Source: Betaproteobacteria bacterium HGW-Betaproteobacteria-16
GTDB taxonomy: Bacteria; Pseudomonadota; Gammaproteobacteria; Burkholderiales; Burkholderiaceae_C
Reading direction: 5' to 3'
DNA length: 64,000 bases
Assembly: GCA_002840835.1 (NCBI GenBank)
Contig: PHCQ01000020.1
Coordinates: 12,541 to 76,540 of the forward strand
Position 1 is the first letter of the stretch; each line of letters opens with the position of its first letter. The notes under the pieces were generated by a model. That model was not told the DNA's origin and ran no database searches. It saw only the letters and a list, made by a program, of their open reading frames with translations. A program made the translations under genes and the position numbers. Shown here one piece after another: positions 1 through 9,525 of the stretch.

Positions 1-673
1 TGCCGTGGCCATGGACAAGCTGATGACCAAGCGCATCTGGCTGGCCGAGGGCCTGCCCACGCCAGCCTGGCGCCAGGTGCACAGTGCCATGGAGACCGAA
101 GCCGCGTTCAAGGCCTTGGGTTCGCCCATGATCGTCAAGCCGGTGCGCGAAGGTTCCACGCTGGGCCTGACCAAGGTCACCAACGCAGCCCAATGCGCCG
201 CCGCCTACGCACTCGCCGCCAGGCAGGACCCTCATGTGATGTGCGAGCAGTTCGTGGCCGGCGACGAGGTCACCTGCCCGGTGCTGGGCACCGGCGCACA
301 GGCCAGGGCCTTGCCCGTGATCCGCATCGTGGCGCCAGAAGGCAACTACGACTACCAGAACAAGTACTTCACAGACGACACCCAGTACCTGGTGCCCAGC
401 GGCCTGCCAGAGGCCGAAGAAGCCGAGATCCAGGCATTGGTGCTCAAGGCCTACCTCGCGCTGGACTGCCGTGGCTGGGCGCGTGCCGACGTGATGATCG
501 ATGCGGCCACCCGCAAACCCTATCTGCTTGAAATCAACACCTCGCCGGGCATGACGGGCCATTCACTGGTGCCCATGTCAGCCCGTGCCACCGGCATGTC
601 CTACGAAGACCTGTGTGTTTCGGTGCTGGCCAATGCCGCACTCGACAACCCAGCGCCCACCCAGGAGATCTGA
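1..673 (+). CDS. ddl: D-alanine--D-alanine ligase (5'-truncated by window edge)
   Basis: ATP-grasp motifs [25 protein letters not shown]; lies upstream of ftsQ. Confidence 0.95.
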   Translation, partial: AVAMDKLMTKRIWLAEGLPTPAWRQVHSAMETEAAFKALGSPMIVKPVREGSTLGLTKVTNAAQCAAAYALAARQDPHVMCEQFVAGDEVTCPVLGTGAQARALPVIRIVAPEGNYDYQNKYFTDDTQYLVPSGLPEAEEAEIQALVLKAYLALDCRGWARADVMIDAATRKPYLLEINTSPGMTGHSLVPMSARATGMSYEDLCVSVLANAALDNPAPTQEI

Positions 674-1465
674 GTGAAAACCGACCTGCCACTCGACATC
701 AAACTCATGCAGATGGCCACCCGCGCCATGGCGGTGGTGTTTGCTGTCCTGTGTCTGGTCATGGCGGGCAACTGGGCCGTTCGCCACCCTGGCTGGACGA
801 TTCAGGGTATTTCAGTGCACGGGGATGTGGCGCACCAGAACGCCGTGTCGCTGAAAGCACAGTTGACCAATGCCCTGCGGTCGCGGGTGAATACCAGCTT
901 CCTCACGGTGGACCTGCAGCAGGTGCGCCAGTTGTTCGAATCGGTGCCATGGGTGCGAACCGCCATCGTGCAACGCGAATTTCCCAATCGCCTGCGCGTG
1001 ACGCTCGAAGAACACGAGGCGGTGGCGTGGTGGGGGGAGGCCGGTTCGGGCCAACTGGTCAATCTGCACGGCGAAGTGTTCGAAGCCAGCCCCGACGACA
1101 GCGACAACCTGCCCGAACTGGCGGGTCCGCTGCCACAGGCGGCCCTGGTGTGGGGGCTCTACCAGAAGCTCAGCGATGAACTCGCCCGCATGGAACTGAG
1201 CCTGGAACGTCTCGAACTCAACGAGCGTGGCAACTGGAGCGCCCATCTCGACAACGGTGCCCGAATGGAACTGGGGCGCGGCACGCCGGACAACCTGATC
1301 GAACGCACGCGCCGCTTCACCGGCACGCTCAATCAGCTGACTCAGCGCTATCCGGGTGAATTGCAGGCGGTGGATCTGCGCTATCCCAATGGCTATGCAC
1401 TGCGGCTTCGCGGCGTCACCACCCTGGACGGCAGCAGTCCTGGCTCAACACAAAACACAAGGTAA
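674..1465 (+). CDS. ftsQ: Cell division protein FtsQ
   Basis: N-terminal TM helix, POTRA-like ESVPWVR..V.REFP, C-terminal VDLRYPNG; dcw position. Confidence 0.95.
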   Translation: MKTDLPLDIKLMQMATRAMAVVFAVLCLVMAGNWAVRHPGWTIQGISVHGDVAHQNAVSLKAQLTNALRSRVNTSFLTVDLQQVRQLFESVPWVRTAIVQREFPNRLRVTLEEHEAVAWWGEAGSGQLVNLHGEVFEASPDDSDNLPELAGPLPQAALVWGLYQKLSDELARMELSLERLELNERGNWSAHLDNGARMELGRGTPDNLIERTRRFTGTLNQLTQRYPGELQAVDLRYPNGYALRLRGVTTLDGSSPGSTQNTR

Positions 1466-1478
1466 TCAGGTAGCAATC

Positions 1479-2708
1479 ATGGCCAAGGAATACAAGGATC
1501 TGGTTGTCGGACTCGACATCGGCACCGCCAAAATCATGGTGGTGGTCGCCGAGGTTCAGCCCAATGGCCAACTCAAGCTCGCCGGGCTGGGGGTGTCGGC
1601 CAGCCACGGGCTCAAGCGGGGCGTGGTGGTGAACATCGACGCCACGGTGCAAAGCATCCAGGCGGCGCTGAAAGAGGCCGAGCTGATGGCCGACTGCCGC
1701 ATTGCGAGGGTCTACACCGGCATCACCGGCAGCCACATCCGCGGCATCAACAGCAGCGGCATGGTGGCGATCAAGGACCGCGAGGTCACCGCTGCCGACG
1801 TGGCGCGTGTGATCGAAACAGCCAAGGCCATCAACATCTCGACCGACCAGCGCCTGTTGCTGGTGGAGCCGCAGGAATTCGTGATCGACGGCCAGGAAGT
1901 GAAGGAGCCGATCGGCATGAGCGGCATCCGGCTGGAGGCCAAGGTGCACATCGTCACCGGCGCCCAGAGCGCGGCGGAGAACATCATCAAGTGCGTGCGC
2001 CGCTGTGGCCTGGAAGTGGACCAGCTCATGCTCAACCCGCTGGCATCGAGCCAGGCCATCCTCACCGACGACGAGAAGGAGCTGGGCGTGGCGCTGGTGG
2101 ACATCGGCGCGGGCACGACCGACGTGGCCATCTTCGCTGGTGGCGCGATCCGCCACACGGCGGTGATCCCGATTGCGGGCGATCTGATCACCAGCGACAT
2201 CGCCATGGCCCTGCGCACCCCTACCAAGGACGCCGAAGACATCAAGGTGGAGTCCGGATGCGCCAAACAGCTGCTGGCCGACCCGGACACCCAGGTGGAA
2301 GTGCCCGGGTTGGGCGACCGCGGGCCGCGCATGCTGAGTCGGCAGGCCTTGGCCGGCGTCATCGAACCGCGAGTGGAAGAAATCTTTTCGCTGGTACAGC
2401 AGGTTGTGCGCGACTCAGGCCATGAAGAAGTGCTGTCTTCCGGCATCGTGCTCACTGGCGGCAGCGCCGTCATGCCGGGCATGGTGGAACTTGGCGAAGA
2501 CATTTTTCTCAAGCCAGTGCGCCGGGGCGTGCCGAACTACGCCAGCGCGTTGTCCGACATGGTGATGCAGACGCGCGCTGCCACCGTCATGGGGCTTTTG
2601 GAAGAAGCCCGCCTGGCCCGCGTGCGCGGACACAAGGTGGCACAGAAAGCCGGTTCCGTGCAAAGCGCGCTGGAACGGATGAAGAACTGGTTTGTGGGGA
2701 CCTTCTGA
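1479..2708 (+). CDS. ftsA: Cell division protein FtsA
   Basis: VGLDIGTAKI, VDIGAGTTD and VLTGG actin-like motifs; start set at ATG 1479. Confidence 0.97.
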   Translation: MAKEYKDLVVGLDIGTAKIMVVVAEVQPNGQLKLAGLGVSASHGLKRGVVVNIDATVQSIQAALKEAELMADCRIARVYTGITGSHIRGINSSGMVAIKDREVTAADVARVIETAKAINISTDQRLLLVEPQEFVIDGQEVKEPIGMSGIRLEAKVHIVTGAQSAAENIIKCVRRCGLEVDQLMLNPLASSQAILTDDEKELGVALVDIGAGTTDVAIFAGGAIRHTAVIPIAGDLITSDIAMALRTPTKDAEDIKVESGCAKQLLADPDTQVEVPGLGDRGPRMLSRQALAGVIEPRVEEIFSLVQQVVRDSGHEEVLSSGIVLTGGSAVMPGMVELGEDIFLKPVRRGVPNYASALSDMVMQTRAATVMGLLEEARLARVRGHKVAQKAGSVQSALERMKNWFVGTF

Positions 2709-2715
2709 TGTATAT

Positions 2716-2751
2716 CCCCCGCCACGCTCCTCGCGACCCCCCAAGGGGCGA
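2716..2751 (+). repeat. Partial copy of the CCCCC-hairpin intergenic repeat family (copy A)
   Basis: CCCCCGCCACGCTCCTCGCGACCCCCCAAGGGGCGA matches the first two hairpins of copies B-F; 7 nt after ftsA stop. Confidence 0.55.
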
Positions 2752-2897
2752 CCCGGGCACTCGACGACGGCGACGACAACGCTGCGTCAAACACACGGGC
2801 CCCCCAGGATGAGACCAACCCCTTTCCCTTGTATTTCCAGATCCAGAAATCGCCGCCCCGGCGGCAACCCGAAAAGCAACTGCACCAGGAGCACACC

Positions 2898-4112
2898 ATG
2901 AGCATCGAAATGATCGAAGTCGAAGAATTCAACCAGGGCACCCAGATCAAGGTGATCGGCGTCGGCGGTGGCGGCGGCAACGCGGTCGAGCACATGATTT
3001 CGCGCACCGTTCAGGGTGTGGAATTCATCTGCGCCAACACCGATGCGCAAGCCCTCACGCGCAGCGCGGCCCACAAGACCATCCAGCTGGGCACCAGCGG
3101 GCTGGGTGCTGGCAGCAAGCCAGAAAAAGGCCGTGACGCGGCCGAGCAGGCGGTGGACGACATTCGCTCCGCCATTGCCGGTGCGCACATGCTTTTCATC
3201 ACTGCCGGCATGGGTGGCGGCACCGGCACAGGTGCCGCACCGGTGATCGCCCGCGTGGCCAAGGAAATGGGCATCCTGACCGTGGGCGTGGTCACCAAGC
3301 CGTTTGACTGGGAAGGCGGCCGCCGCATGACCAACGCCGACAACGGACTGGCCGAACTCGAAGCCAACGTGGACAGCCTGATCGTGGTGCTCAACGAAAA
3401 GCTGCAGGAAGTGCTGGGCGACGAGGTCACGCAAGACGAGGCCTTTGCCCACGCCAACGACGTGCTCAAGAACGCCGTGGGCGGCATTGCCGAAATCATC
3501 AACGAGTACGGCAACGTCAACGTCGACTTCGAAGACGTGCGCACCGTGATGGGCGAGCCTGGCAAAGCCATGATGGGCACGGCCACCGCCGCTGGCCCCG
3601 ACCGCGCCCGCATCGCTGCCGAACAGGCCGTGGCTTGCCCGCTGCTCGAAGGCATCGACCTGTCCGGCGCCAAGGGCGTGCTGGTGCTGGTCACCGCGGC
3701 CAAGGGTTCGCTCAAGCTGTCGGAATCCAAGTTGGCCATGAACACCATCCGCGCCTACGCTTCGCCCGAAGCGCATGTGATCTACGGTGCCGCCTACGAC
3801 GACAGCCTGGGCGACGAAATGCGTGTCACCGTGGTGGCCACCGGCCTGTCCCGCCAGGGCGCGCGCCGCACGGCCCCTCCGTTGCAGGTGCTGCGCACCG
3901 GCACCGACAACGTGCCGTTCCACGTGCCCACGGTGAACGCTGCGGTGGACGGCCCCGGTGCCGCTCACGGCCAGCCCGACTACCACTCCATGGCGGTGCC
4001 CAGCGTGTGGCGCACCAACCGCACCCAGGCGGCCGCCAAGGTGGACGCGCTGGCATCGGGTGGCATGGACGATTTCGAGATTCCTGCCTTCCTGCGCAAA
4101 CAAGCTGATTGA
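2898..4112 (+). CDS. ftsZ: Cell division protein FtsZ
   Basis: GGGTGTG tubulin signature, C-terminal EIPAFLRKQAD; AGGAG upstream of ATG 2898. Confidence 0.98.
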   Translation: MSIEMIEVEEFNQGTQIKVIGVGGGGGNAVEHMISRTVQGVEFICANTDAQALTRSAAHKTIQLGTSGLGAGSKPEKGRDAAEQAVDDIRSAIAGAHMLFITAGMGGGTGTGAAPVIARVAKEMGILTVGVVTKPFDWEGGRRMTNADNGLAELEANVDSLIVVLNEKLQEVLGDEVTQDEAFAHANDVLKNAVGGIAEIINEYGNVNVDFEDVRTVMGEPGKAMMGTATAAGPDRARIAAEQAVACPLLEGIDLSGAKGVLVLVTAAKGSLKLSESKLAMNTIRAYASPEAHVIYGAAYDDSLGDEMRVTVVATGLSRQGARRTAPPLQVLRTGTDNVPFHVPTVNAAVDGPGAAHGQPDYHSMAVPSVWRTNRTQAAAKVDALASGGMDDFEIPAFLRKQAD

Positions 4113-4230
4113 TCGGTGTAAAGCTACTGCGCGGCCCGATCTGACGTCTGCAGTGCTCGCCGTACGGGAGTACGGCTCCGCGCTTCAACGCCACCTCGGG
4201 TCGCTCGCTACGCTTTCCATCCGATCAATC
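4107..4230. repeat. Long imperfect inverted repeat (about 124 nt) starting at the ftsZ stop
   Basis: GATTGATCGG/CCGATCAATC outer arms, GCGGCCCGA/TCGGGTCGC, apical GCCGTAC-GGGA-GTACGGC. Confidence 0.75.
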
Positions 4231-4311
4231 GGGGAGCCTCTTTCGGAATGCATATTGCCGGGATAGCTTTGCCGGTGAGCACGAAACCGTCATGAAAACT
4301 AAAATCGCTGG

Positions 4312-5235
4312 ATGATTTCGCAACGCACCCTCAAATCCCTCACCAAGGCGGTGGGCGTGGGCCTGCACAGCGGGCAGAGGGTTGAACTCACCCTGCGGCC
4401 TGCTGCGCCGGACACCGGCATCGTGTTTCGTCGGGTCGATCTGCCTGAGCCAGTCGAGATCCCGGTGAACGCCGAATCTGTGACCGACACCCGCATGGCG
4501 TCGACCATCTCCAAAGGGGGCGCCAAGGTCCACACGGTGGAACACCTCATGAGTGCCTGCTCCGGTTTGGGGCTGGACAACCTCTACGTGGACATCACCG
4601 CCGAAGAAGTGCCCATCCTGGATGGTTCTTCGGCATCGTTTGTTTACCTCCTGCAAAGCGCGGGCATCGTGATGCAGAACGCGCCCAAGCGCTTCATTCG
4701 CGTGATCAAGCCGGTGGAAGTTCGCGAAGGCGAAGGCCGCACCGGCAAATGGGCACGGCTGGACCCTTTCCACGGTTACAAGCTGCGCTTTGAGATCGAG
4801 TTTGACCATCCAGCCGTGACGTCAACCGGTCAGAGCTTCGAGTTCGATTTCAGCAGCGGCCGCTATACCCGGGAAATCGCCCGAGCCCGCACCTTCGGTT
4901 TCACACGCGACGTGGAGATGATGCGTTCGCATGGCCTCGCCCTGGGCGGTGGTCTCGACAACGCGATCGTGATGGACGATGTGAAGGTGCTCAACGCGGA
5001 CGGTCTGCGCTACCAGGACGAATTCGTGAAGCACAAGATTCTCGACGCCATCGGGGATCTCTATATTCTCGGCAAACCCCTGCTGGCCGCCTACAGCGCG
5101 TTCCGCAGCGGCCATGCCATGAACAACCTGCTGCTGCGCGAACTGCTGAAACAGCCCGACGCCTACGAGGTGGTGAGCTTCGAACGCGAGCGCGAGGCGC
5201 CCTCCGGTTTCGCGCAACTGGCACCCGCGTGGTGA
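4312..5235 (+). CDS. lpxC: UDP-3-O-acyl-N-acetylglucosamine deacetylase
   Basis: [37 protein letters not shown] motifs. Confidence 0.98.
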   Translation: MISQRTLKSLTKAVGVGLHSGQRVELTLRPAAPDTGIVFRRVDLPEPVEIPVNAESVTDTRMASTISKGGAKVHTVEHLMSACSGLGLDNLYVDITAEEVPILDGSSASFVYLLQSAGIVMQNAPKRFIRVIKPVEVREGEGRTGKWARLDPFHGYKLRFEIEFDHPAVTSTGQSFEFDFSSGRYTREIARARTFGFTRDVEMMRSHGLALGGGLDNAIVMDDVKVLNADGLRYQDEFVKHKILDAIGDLYILGKPLLAAYSAFRSGHAMNNLLLRELLKQPDAYEVVSFEREREAPSGFAQLAPAW

Positions 5236-5263
5236 CCACGGGCACAGAACCCGGTAACGCCTG

Positions 5264-5440
5264 ATGCTGCTGTTCCGCGCCGCTATCTTCTTTTTGCTGA
5301 TCGCTGCCGGCGTGTGCTTCGCGTTTTACCTGGGCACGGGTCAGGCCAGGTACCGGCAGTGGGGTCTGATCATTCTGAAATGGACCGTGATCGCCGCCCT
5401 CGGCTTTTTCGGCGTGCTGATTCTGGAACGGCTGGTGTAG
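5264..5440 (+). CDS. Small two-TM membrane protein, 58 aa (not in ORF track)
   Basis: MLLFRAAIFFLLIAAGVCFAFYLGTGQARYRQWGLIILKWTVIAALGFFGVLILERLV; two hydrophobic helices with a basic loop. Confidence 0.75.
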   Translation: MLLFRAAIFFLLIAAGVCFAFYLGTGQARYRQWGLIILKWTVIAALGFFGVLILERLV

Positions 5441-5448
5441 CCATCTCT

Positions 5449-5574
5449 TTCCGGCGCGAAATGACTCCATCCAGAGATACCGAGGAACCGGCTTTGCCGG
5501 GCCTCTGGTATCGCCCCCTCAGGGGGATGACGCCGAAGGCGGCGCGGGGGGAGTCAGGACTGCGGCGCGGGGGG
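5449..5574 (-). repeat. Structured intergenic repeat copy B (REP/REPIN-like), with short internal duplication
   Basis: Minus strand CCCCCC..CCCCCTGAGGGGG-CGATACCAGAGGCCCGGCAAAGCCGGTTCCTCGGTATCTCTGGA; 2 nt after ruvC stop. Confidence 0.88.
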
Positions 5575-5576
5575 AA

Positions 5577-6125
5577 TCAATAGCTCCTTCCATCGCGGTA
5601 GGCACCATGCGTGCGCGCCTGCAGAGGCGACACCTTGTTGATCGCCAGCATGGTGCGGCTGACCTGGGCGTGCGTGATGGCCAGGCCCAGTGCATCGGCC
5701 GCGTCCTTGCCGGGCAGGCCGGGCAGCTTCAACAGCCGCTTCACCATTTCCTGCACCTGTGGCTTGGCGGCCTTGCCATAGCCCACCACCGCTTTCTTGA
5801 GCTGCAGGGCGGTGTACTCGGCCACTGGCAGGTGGTTGGCCACCAGCGCGGTCAGGCAGGCGCCGCGAGCCTGACCCAGCAGCAAGGTGGCTTGCGGATT
5901 GACGTTCACGAACACAATCTCGCAGGCCGACACTTCAGGCTGGTAGCGCGTCACCACTTCAGAAATGCCGTCGAACAACACCTTCAGGCGCGCTGGCAAC
6001 AGGGCGCCGTCCTTCGGGCTGGTTTGAATGGTGCCGCTGGCCACGTAGTGCAGATGAGGCCCATCGGTGTCGATGACGCCGAATCCGGTGCATTGCAGGC
6101 CAGGGTCGATGCCGAGAATTCGCAT
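5577..6125 (-). CDS. ruvC: Holliday junction resolvase RuvC
   Basis: [32 protein letters not shown]. Confidence 0.97.
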   Translation of the reverse strand: MRILGIDPGLQCTGFGVIDTDGPHLHYVASGTIQTSPKDGALLPARLKVLFDGISEVVTRYQPEVSACEIVFVNVNPQATLLLGQARGACLTALVANHLPVAEYTALQLKKAVVGYGKAAKPQVQEMVKRLLKLPGLPGKDAADALGLAITHAQVSRTMLAINKVSPLQARTHGAYRDGRSY

Positions 6126-6133
6126 GGGGGCGC

Positions 6134-7123
6134 TTAAAGGTCGAAGGTCCAGCGCACCGAGTGGAAAAACACCGGTGCTGCAAAACAGAGCGCATCCACG
6201 CGATCGAGCAGACCGCTGGCGCCCGTCACGGAGCGCCCGGCGGAGCCCCAGTGCGTCACGCCCCGGTCACGCTTGATGGCTTTCATGACCAGATGCCCCA
6301 GCGATCCAGCCACGCAGGCCACCAGGGCCATGCCCATCGCGGCGAGCGGTTTGAAGGGCGTGAAACCGGCCAGTGCAGCCCCCAGCAGGCCGCCGGCCAG
6401 CAGGCCGATGCCCCAGCTGCTCCAGCGGAATGTCTCGCTGATGGCCGGCGCGGCGGGCGTGCCCTGGCGTCGGGCGGCCACATGCTGGACCAGCATGCAG
6501 GTCTGCACCACAAGCACCAGGAACAACACCAGAAACGCATTCTTGCCTTCGAAACGCGGGAAGTTCAGCAGCATCAGCGCGGGCACGTGGCTCATTCCGT
6601 AAACGCACACCATGATGCCCCATTGCAGCTTCGCGTTGCGCTCCAGGAACCGTTCGGGGTCGTTGCCCAGCGCGCTCACCACCGGAATCGCCAGGAACAC
6701 GTACACCGGCACAAACACGGTGAACAGGTTGAAGTGCTCGGTCCAGACCAGTCCGTACTGCACCGGCAGCACCAGGAAAAAAGCCATCACCAGGCTGCGG
6801 TGATCGCCGCGCCGTGTGGGCGAAAGGCTGATGAATTCGCGCAGGATCAGAAACGACACCAGGCCGAACAGCACGATGGCCACCCCGTCGCCGGCCGCCC
6901 AGGCGACCCAGAACACCAGCATCATCAGCCAGGAACTGCGCAACAAGGCCCGGTCGTCGCGTTGCTTGTAGAGGCGGTCTTCGCTGAGCGGCGAGGCGGT
7001 GCGGCGCTCGCGCAGCGAGAGCAGCACGCTCACGGCGCTGGCGAGCATCAGCAGGCCAAACAACACCACAAACAACAGGCTGACCTGCTGTTCCGGTGAC
7101 AGACTGCGCAGAAAACTGCCCAT
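6134..7123 (-). CDS. Phosphatidate cytidylyltransferase family membrane protein
   Basis: Multi-TM with [15 protein letters not shown]...[14 protein letters not shown] signature. Confidence 0.85.
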   Translation of the reverse strand: MGSFLRSLSPEQQVSLLFVVLFGLLMLASAVSVLLSLRERRTASPLSEDRLYKQRDDRALLRSSWLMMLVFWVAWAAGDGVAIVLFGLVSFLILREFISLSPTRRGDHRSLVMAFFLVLPVQYGLVWTEHFNLFTVFVPVYVFLAIPVVSALGNDPERFLERNAKLQWGIMVCVYGMSHVPALMLLNFPRFEGKNAFLVLFLVLVVQTCMLVQHVAARRQGTPAAPAISETFRWSSWGIGLLAGGLLGAALAGFTPFKPLAAMGMALVACVAGSLGHLVMKAIKRDRGVTHWGSAGRSVTGASGLLDRVDALCFAAPVFFHSVRWTFDL

Positions 7124-7743
7124 CAGACCTCCCGCAGCGCCACGACCGACTCCCGCGCGCGCACCAGAAAGGCCGCGCGGTCCTCGTCCGCCTCCAGCCT
7201 GATCGGCTCACCAAACGTCACCGAGCACAGCACCGGCACCGGGACAACCTCGCCCTTGGGCATCACACGCTGCACGTTGTGAATCCAGGCGGGCACCAGG
7301 ACCACGTCGGGAAAGCGCCTGGCGAGGTTGTAAATGCCCGACTTGAACGGCTGGGGATCTTCGGCAAAGCCTCTTGTGCCTTCGGGAAACAGGATCAGGG
7401 AGTCACCACTTTCCAGCGCGTTGATCAGCGGCTGCAGCGGATCTTCTTCACCCTTGCGTTCGCGCTCTACGTAAACCGCATTGAACACCTCGGTCGTGAT
7501 CCAGCGCTTGAACCGGGAGCCTGTCCAGTAATCCTTGGCGGCAATCGGCCGGGTGATGCTGCGCAACTCCTGCGGCAACGCCGCCCAGATCAGCACCAGA
7601 TCGGCATGGCTCTGGTGGTTGGCGAAATAGATACGCTGCTCCGCCTTGGGCGGGCAACCATGCCAGCGCGCCTGAGCCCCGGTCAGCAGACGAACCAGGC
7701 CCAGGAGAAACACACTCATGACGCCTGCCCCGAGCTTCACCAA
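7123..7743 (-). CDS. Lysophospholipid (PlsC-like) acyltransferase
   Basis: NHQSHAD (HX4D) and FPEGTR motifs; start uncertain (TTG 7743 or ATG 7719). Confidence 0.88.
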   Translation of the reverse strand: MVKLGAGVMSVFLLGLVRLLTGAQARWHGCPPKAEQRIYFANHQSHADLVLIWAALPQELRSITRPIAAKDYWTGSRFKRWITTEVFNAVYVERERKGEEDPLQPLINALESGDSLILFPEGTRGFAEDPQPFKSGIYNLARRFPDVVLVPAWIHNVQRVMPKGEVVPVPVLCSVTFGEPIRLEADEDRAAFLVRARESVVALREV

Positions 7744-7788
7744 GGCTCTCCCGTGCAGGGTAAAAACCCCACGCACGCAGGAACGCAA

Positions 7789-7873
7789 TCCAGAGACACC
7801 GAGGAACGGGCTCTGCCCGGCCTCAGGTGTCGTCCCCCCTTCAGGGGGGAAGGCGCGAAGCGACGCAGGGGGG
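7789..7873 (-). repeat. Structured intergenic repeat copy C
   Basis: Minus strand CCCCCCTGCGTCGCTTCGCGCC..CCCCCTGAAGGGGG..GACACCTGAGGCCGGGCAGAGCCCGTTCCTCGGTGTCTCTGGA; 3 nt after mtgA stop. Confidence 0.88.
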
Positions 7874-7876
7874 TCA

Positions 7877-8614
7877 TCATGGTACTTTCACCGCGCCCAT
7901 CCGCGCCACGATGGTGGACGTGCGGCCGGCCAGGTAAGCCGATCCCTGCCGGGTTTCAAAGAACTTGGGTGAGGGCAGCATGACCGCCAGCCGCGCGGCC
8001 TCGCGCGCGCTGAGCTTGCTCGCGGGCTTCTTGAAGTAGCGTTGCGCAGCCGCTTCGGCGCCAAAAACACCGTCTCCCCATTCCACGCTGTTGAGGTAGA
8101 TCTCCAGGATCCGCTCCTTGCTCAGAAAGGTCTCCAGCATCAGCGCCAGCACCAGTTCCTGGCCCTTGCGCAGCATCTGGCGCTCGCCTGAAAGCAACAG
8201 GTTCTTCGCAAGCTGCTGGGTGATGGTCGACCCGCCAATGACCCTGGGTGCGCGGGGTGACGCAGCCTTGCGCCGGGCGGCCTGCTCCTGGCGGCGGGCA
8301 TTCTTGCGCCAGGCGGACTCGATGGCAGCCCAGTCGACCCCGCCATGGTCCAGGAACCCCGCGTCTTCCGATGCAATCACGGCACGCTTGAGATTGGGGT
8401 TGATCTGGTCGCCGTCGACCCAGCGTTGGGACCAGCGCCAGTGCTTCTTGTCATTGTTCAGGCTGGTTGTGCCGATGCGCCAGGCCTCCGAGCGCATGAA
8501 GGCCGTGCTTTGCGGATCGATCACGACCATGAGCGCGATGCGCAAGGCGAAAAACAGCTGCAGCGCCACGCCTGCGAGCAGCACCCACATCAACCAGCGC
8601 AGAACCGGCTTCAT
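7877..8614 (-). CDS. mtgA: Monofunctional peptidoglycan transglycosylase
   Basis: ASEDAGF..H.G.D, GGSTITQQLAKNL, RKGQE, YLNSVEWG GT51 motifs. Confidence 0.95.
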   Translation of the reverse strand: MKPVLRWLMWVLLAGVALQLFFALRIALMVVIDPQSTAFMRSEAWRIGTTSLNNDKKHWRWSQRWVDGDQINPNLKRAVIASEDAGFLDHGGVDWAAIESAWRKNARRQEQAARRKAASPRAPRVIGGSTITQQLAKNLLLSGERQMLRKGQELVLALMLETFLSKERILEIYLNSVEWGDGVFGAEAAAQRYFKKPASKLSAREAARLAVMLPSPKFFETRQGSAYLAGRTSTIVARMGAVKVP

Positions 8615-8624
8615 GGGCAGGCGC

Positions 8625-9491
8625 TCACTGGCTGGACATCTGGGTTCTCAGCGTTTCGTCGCGTGTGAAACGAAAACGGGAGACCACCACGATCTGATCG
8701 GCCTGGCGGCGCATGGCATCGTTGAAGCGGCCAAAGGCCAGGCTGCGCACAATGGCTTCGGCTCTGCGGTCCAGGGTGCTGTTGCCTGAGCCCTGCGCCA
8801 CCTCTGTGCCCAACACGTCGCCCGTGTGGTTGACGGTAATGACCATGGTCAGTTCGCCGTAGAGTTTGCGCCCCGCAGCCACGGGGAAGTTGGTGGTGCC
8901 ACGGTCCTCGATCTTGCGGCGCAACTCGTCGTAGTAGATCGCATAGACCTCTTCCCGCGTGGCCGGGCTGATGTAGCGCTTCTTGGGCCGCGCATTTTCT
9001 TCACTGATGCGCTTCTCGATTTCGGCCAGGATCTTGATCAATGCGCGGCGCTTTTGCTCACGCTCTATCGACTCCTGGCTCGTGTTGACGGCCTGGAGGT
9101 CAGGCGGGGGCATGCTGGCGAGCTGTTTGCGAACCTGGGCCAGGATCTGGTTCTGTTGCTGCTTGAGCGCCTCGATGCGCCGCTCGTCTTCGTCGGGGTT
9201 GTCGCCCAGCCGGGCCACGGCAGAAGGAGGCAACGGCGATGTGGCCCGGCCGCGCTCGACGTCGCCGCCACCGGCCAGCGAGGCCTGCGCAATGGCCGTG
9301 GCCTTCTCGGGGCGCTCGTCGCTGCGGGCATTGACCAGAATGACCTCCAGCGGCGTGTCCTGGAACACCCGGTTGAAACCTTCAGGGTTCACAAAGCGAA
9401 CTGTCAGCAATGCGGCATGCACCGCGACAGACACCGCCAGTGCCACCTGCAGTGTGCTGAGTTGCTTCAGGAACGTCAACGCGGTTTTCAC
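8625..9491 (-). CDS. TonB C-terminal domain (energy transducer) protein
   Basis: N-terminal TM with S...H (VSVAVHA), C-terminal TonB_C-like GSGNSTLDRRA; GTG start at 9491. Confidence 0.8.
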   Translation of the reverse strand: MKTALTFLKQLSTLQVALAVSVAVHAALLTVRFVNPEGFNRVFQDTPLEVILVNARSDERPEKATAIAQASLAGGGDVERGRATSPLPPSAVARLGDNPDEDERRIEALKQQQNQILAQVRKQLASMPPPDLQAVNTSQESIEREQKRRALIKILAEIEKRISEENARPKKRYISPATREEVYAIYYDELRRKIEDRGTTNFPVAAGRKLYGELTMVITVNHTGDVLGTEVAQGSGNSTLDRRAEAIVRSLAFGRFNDAMRRQADQIVVVSRFRFTRDETLRTQMSSQ

Positions 9492-9525
9492 AAGGCCATT
9501 ATCCGCAAGCTGAGGGGGTCTTCGA

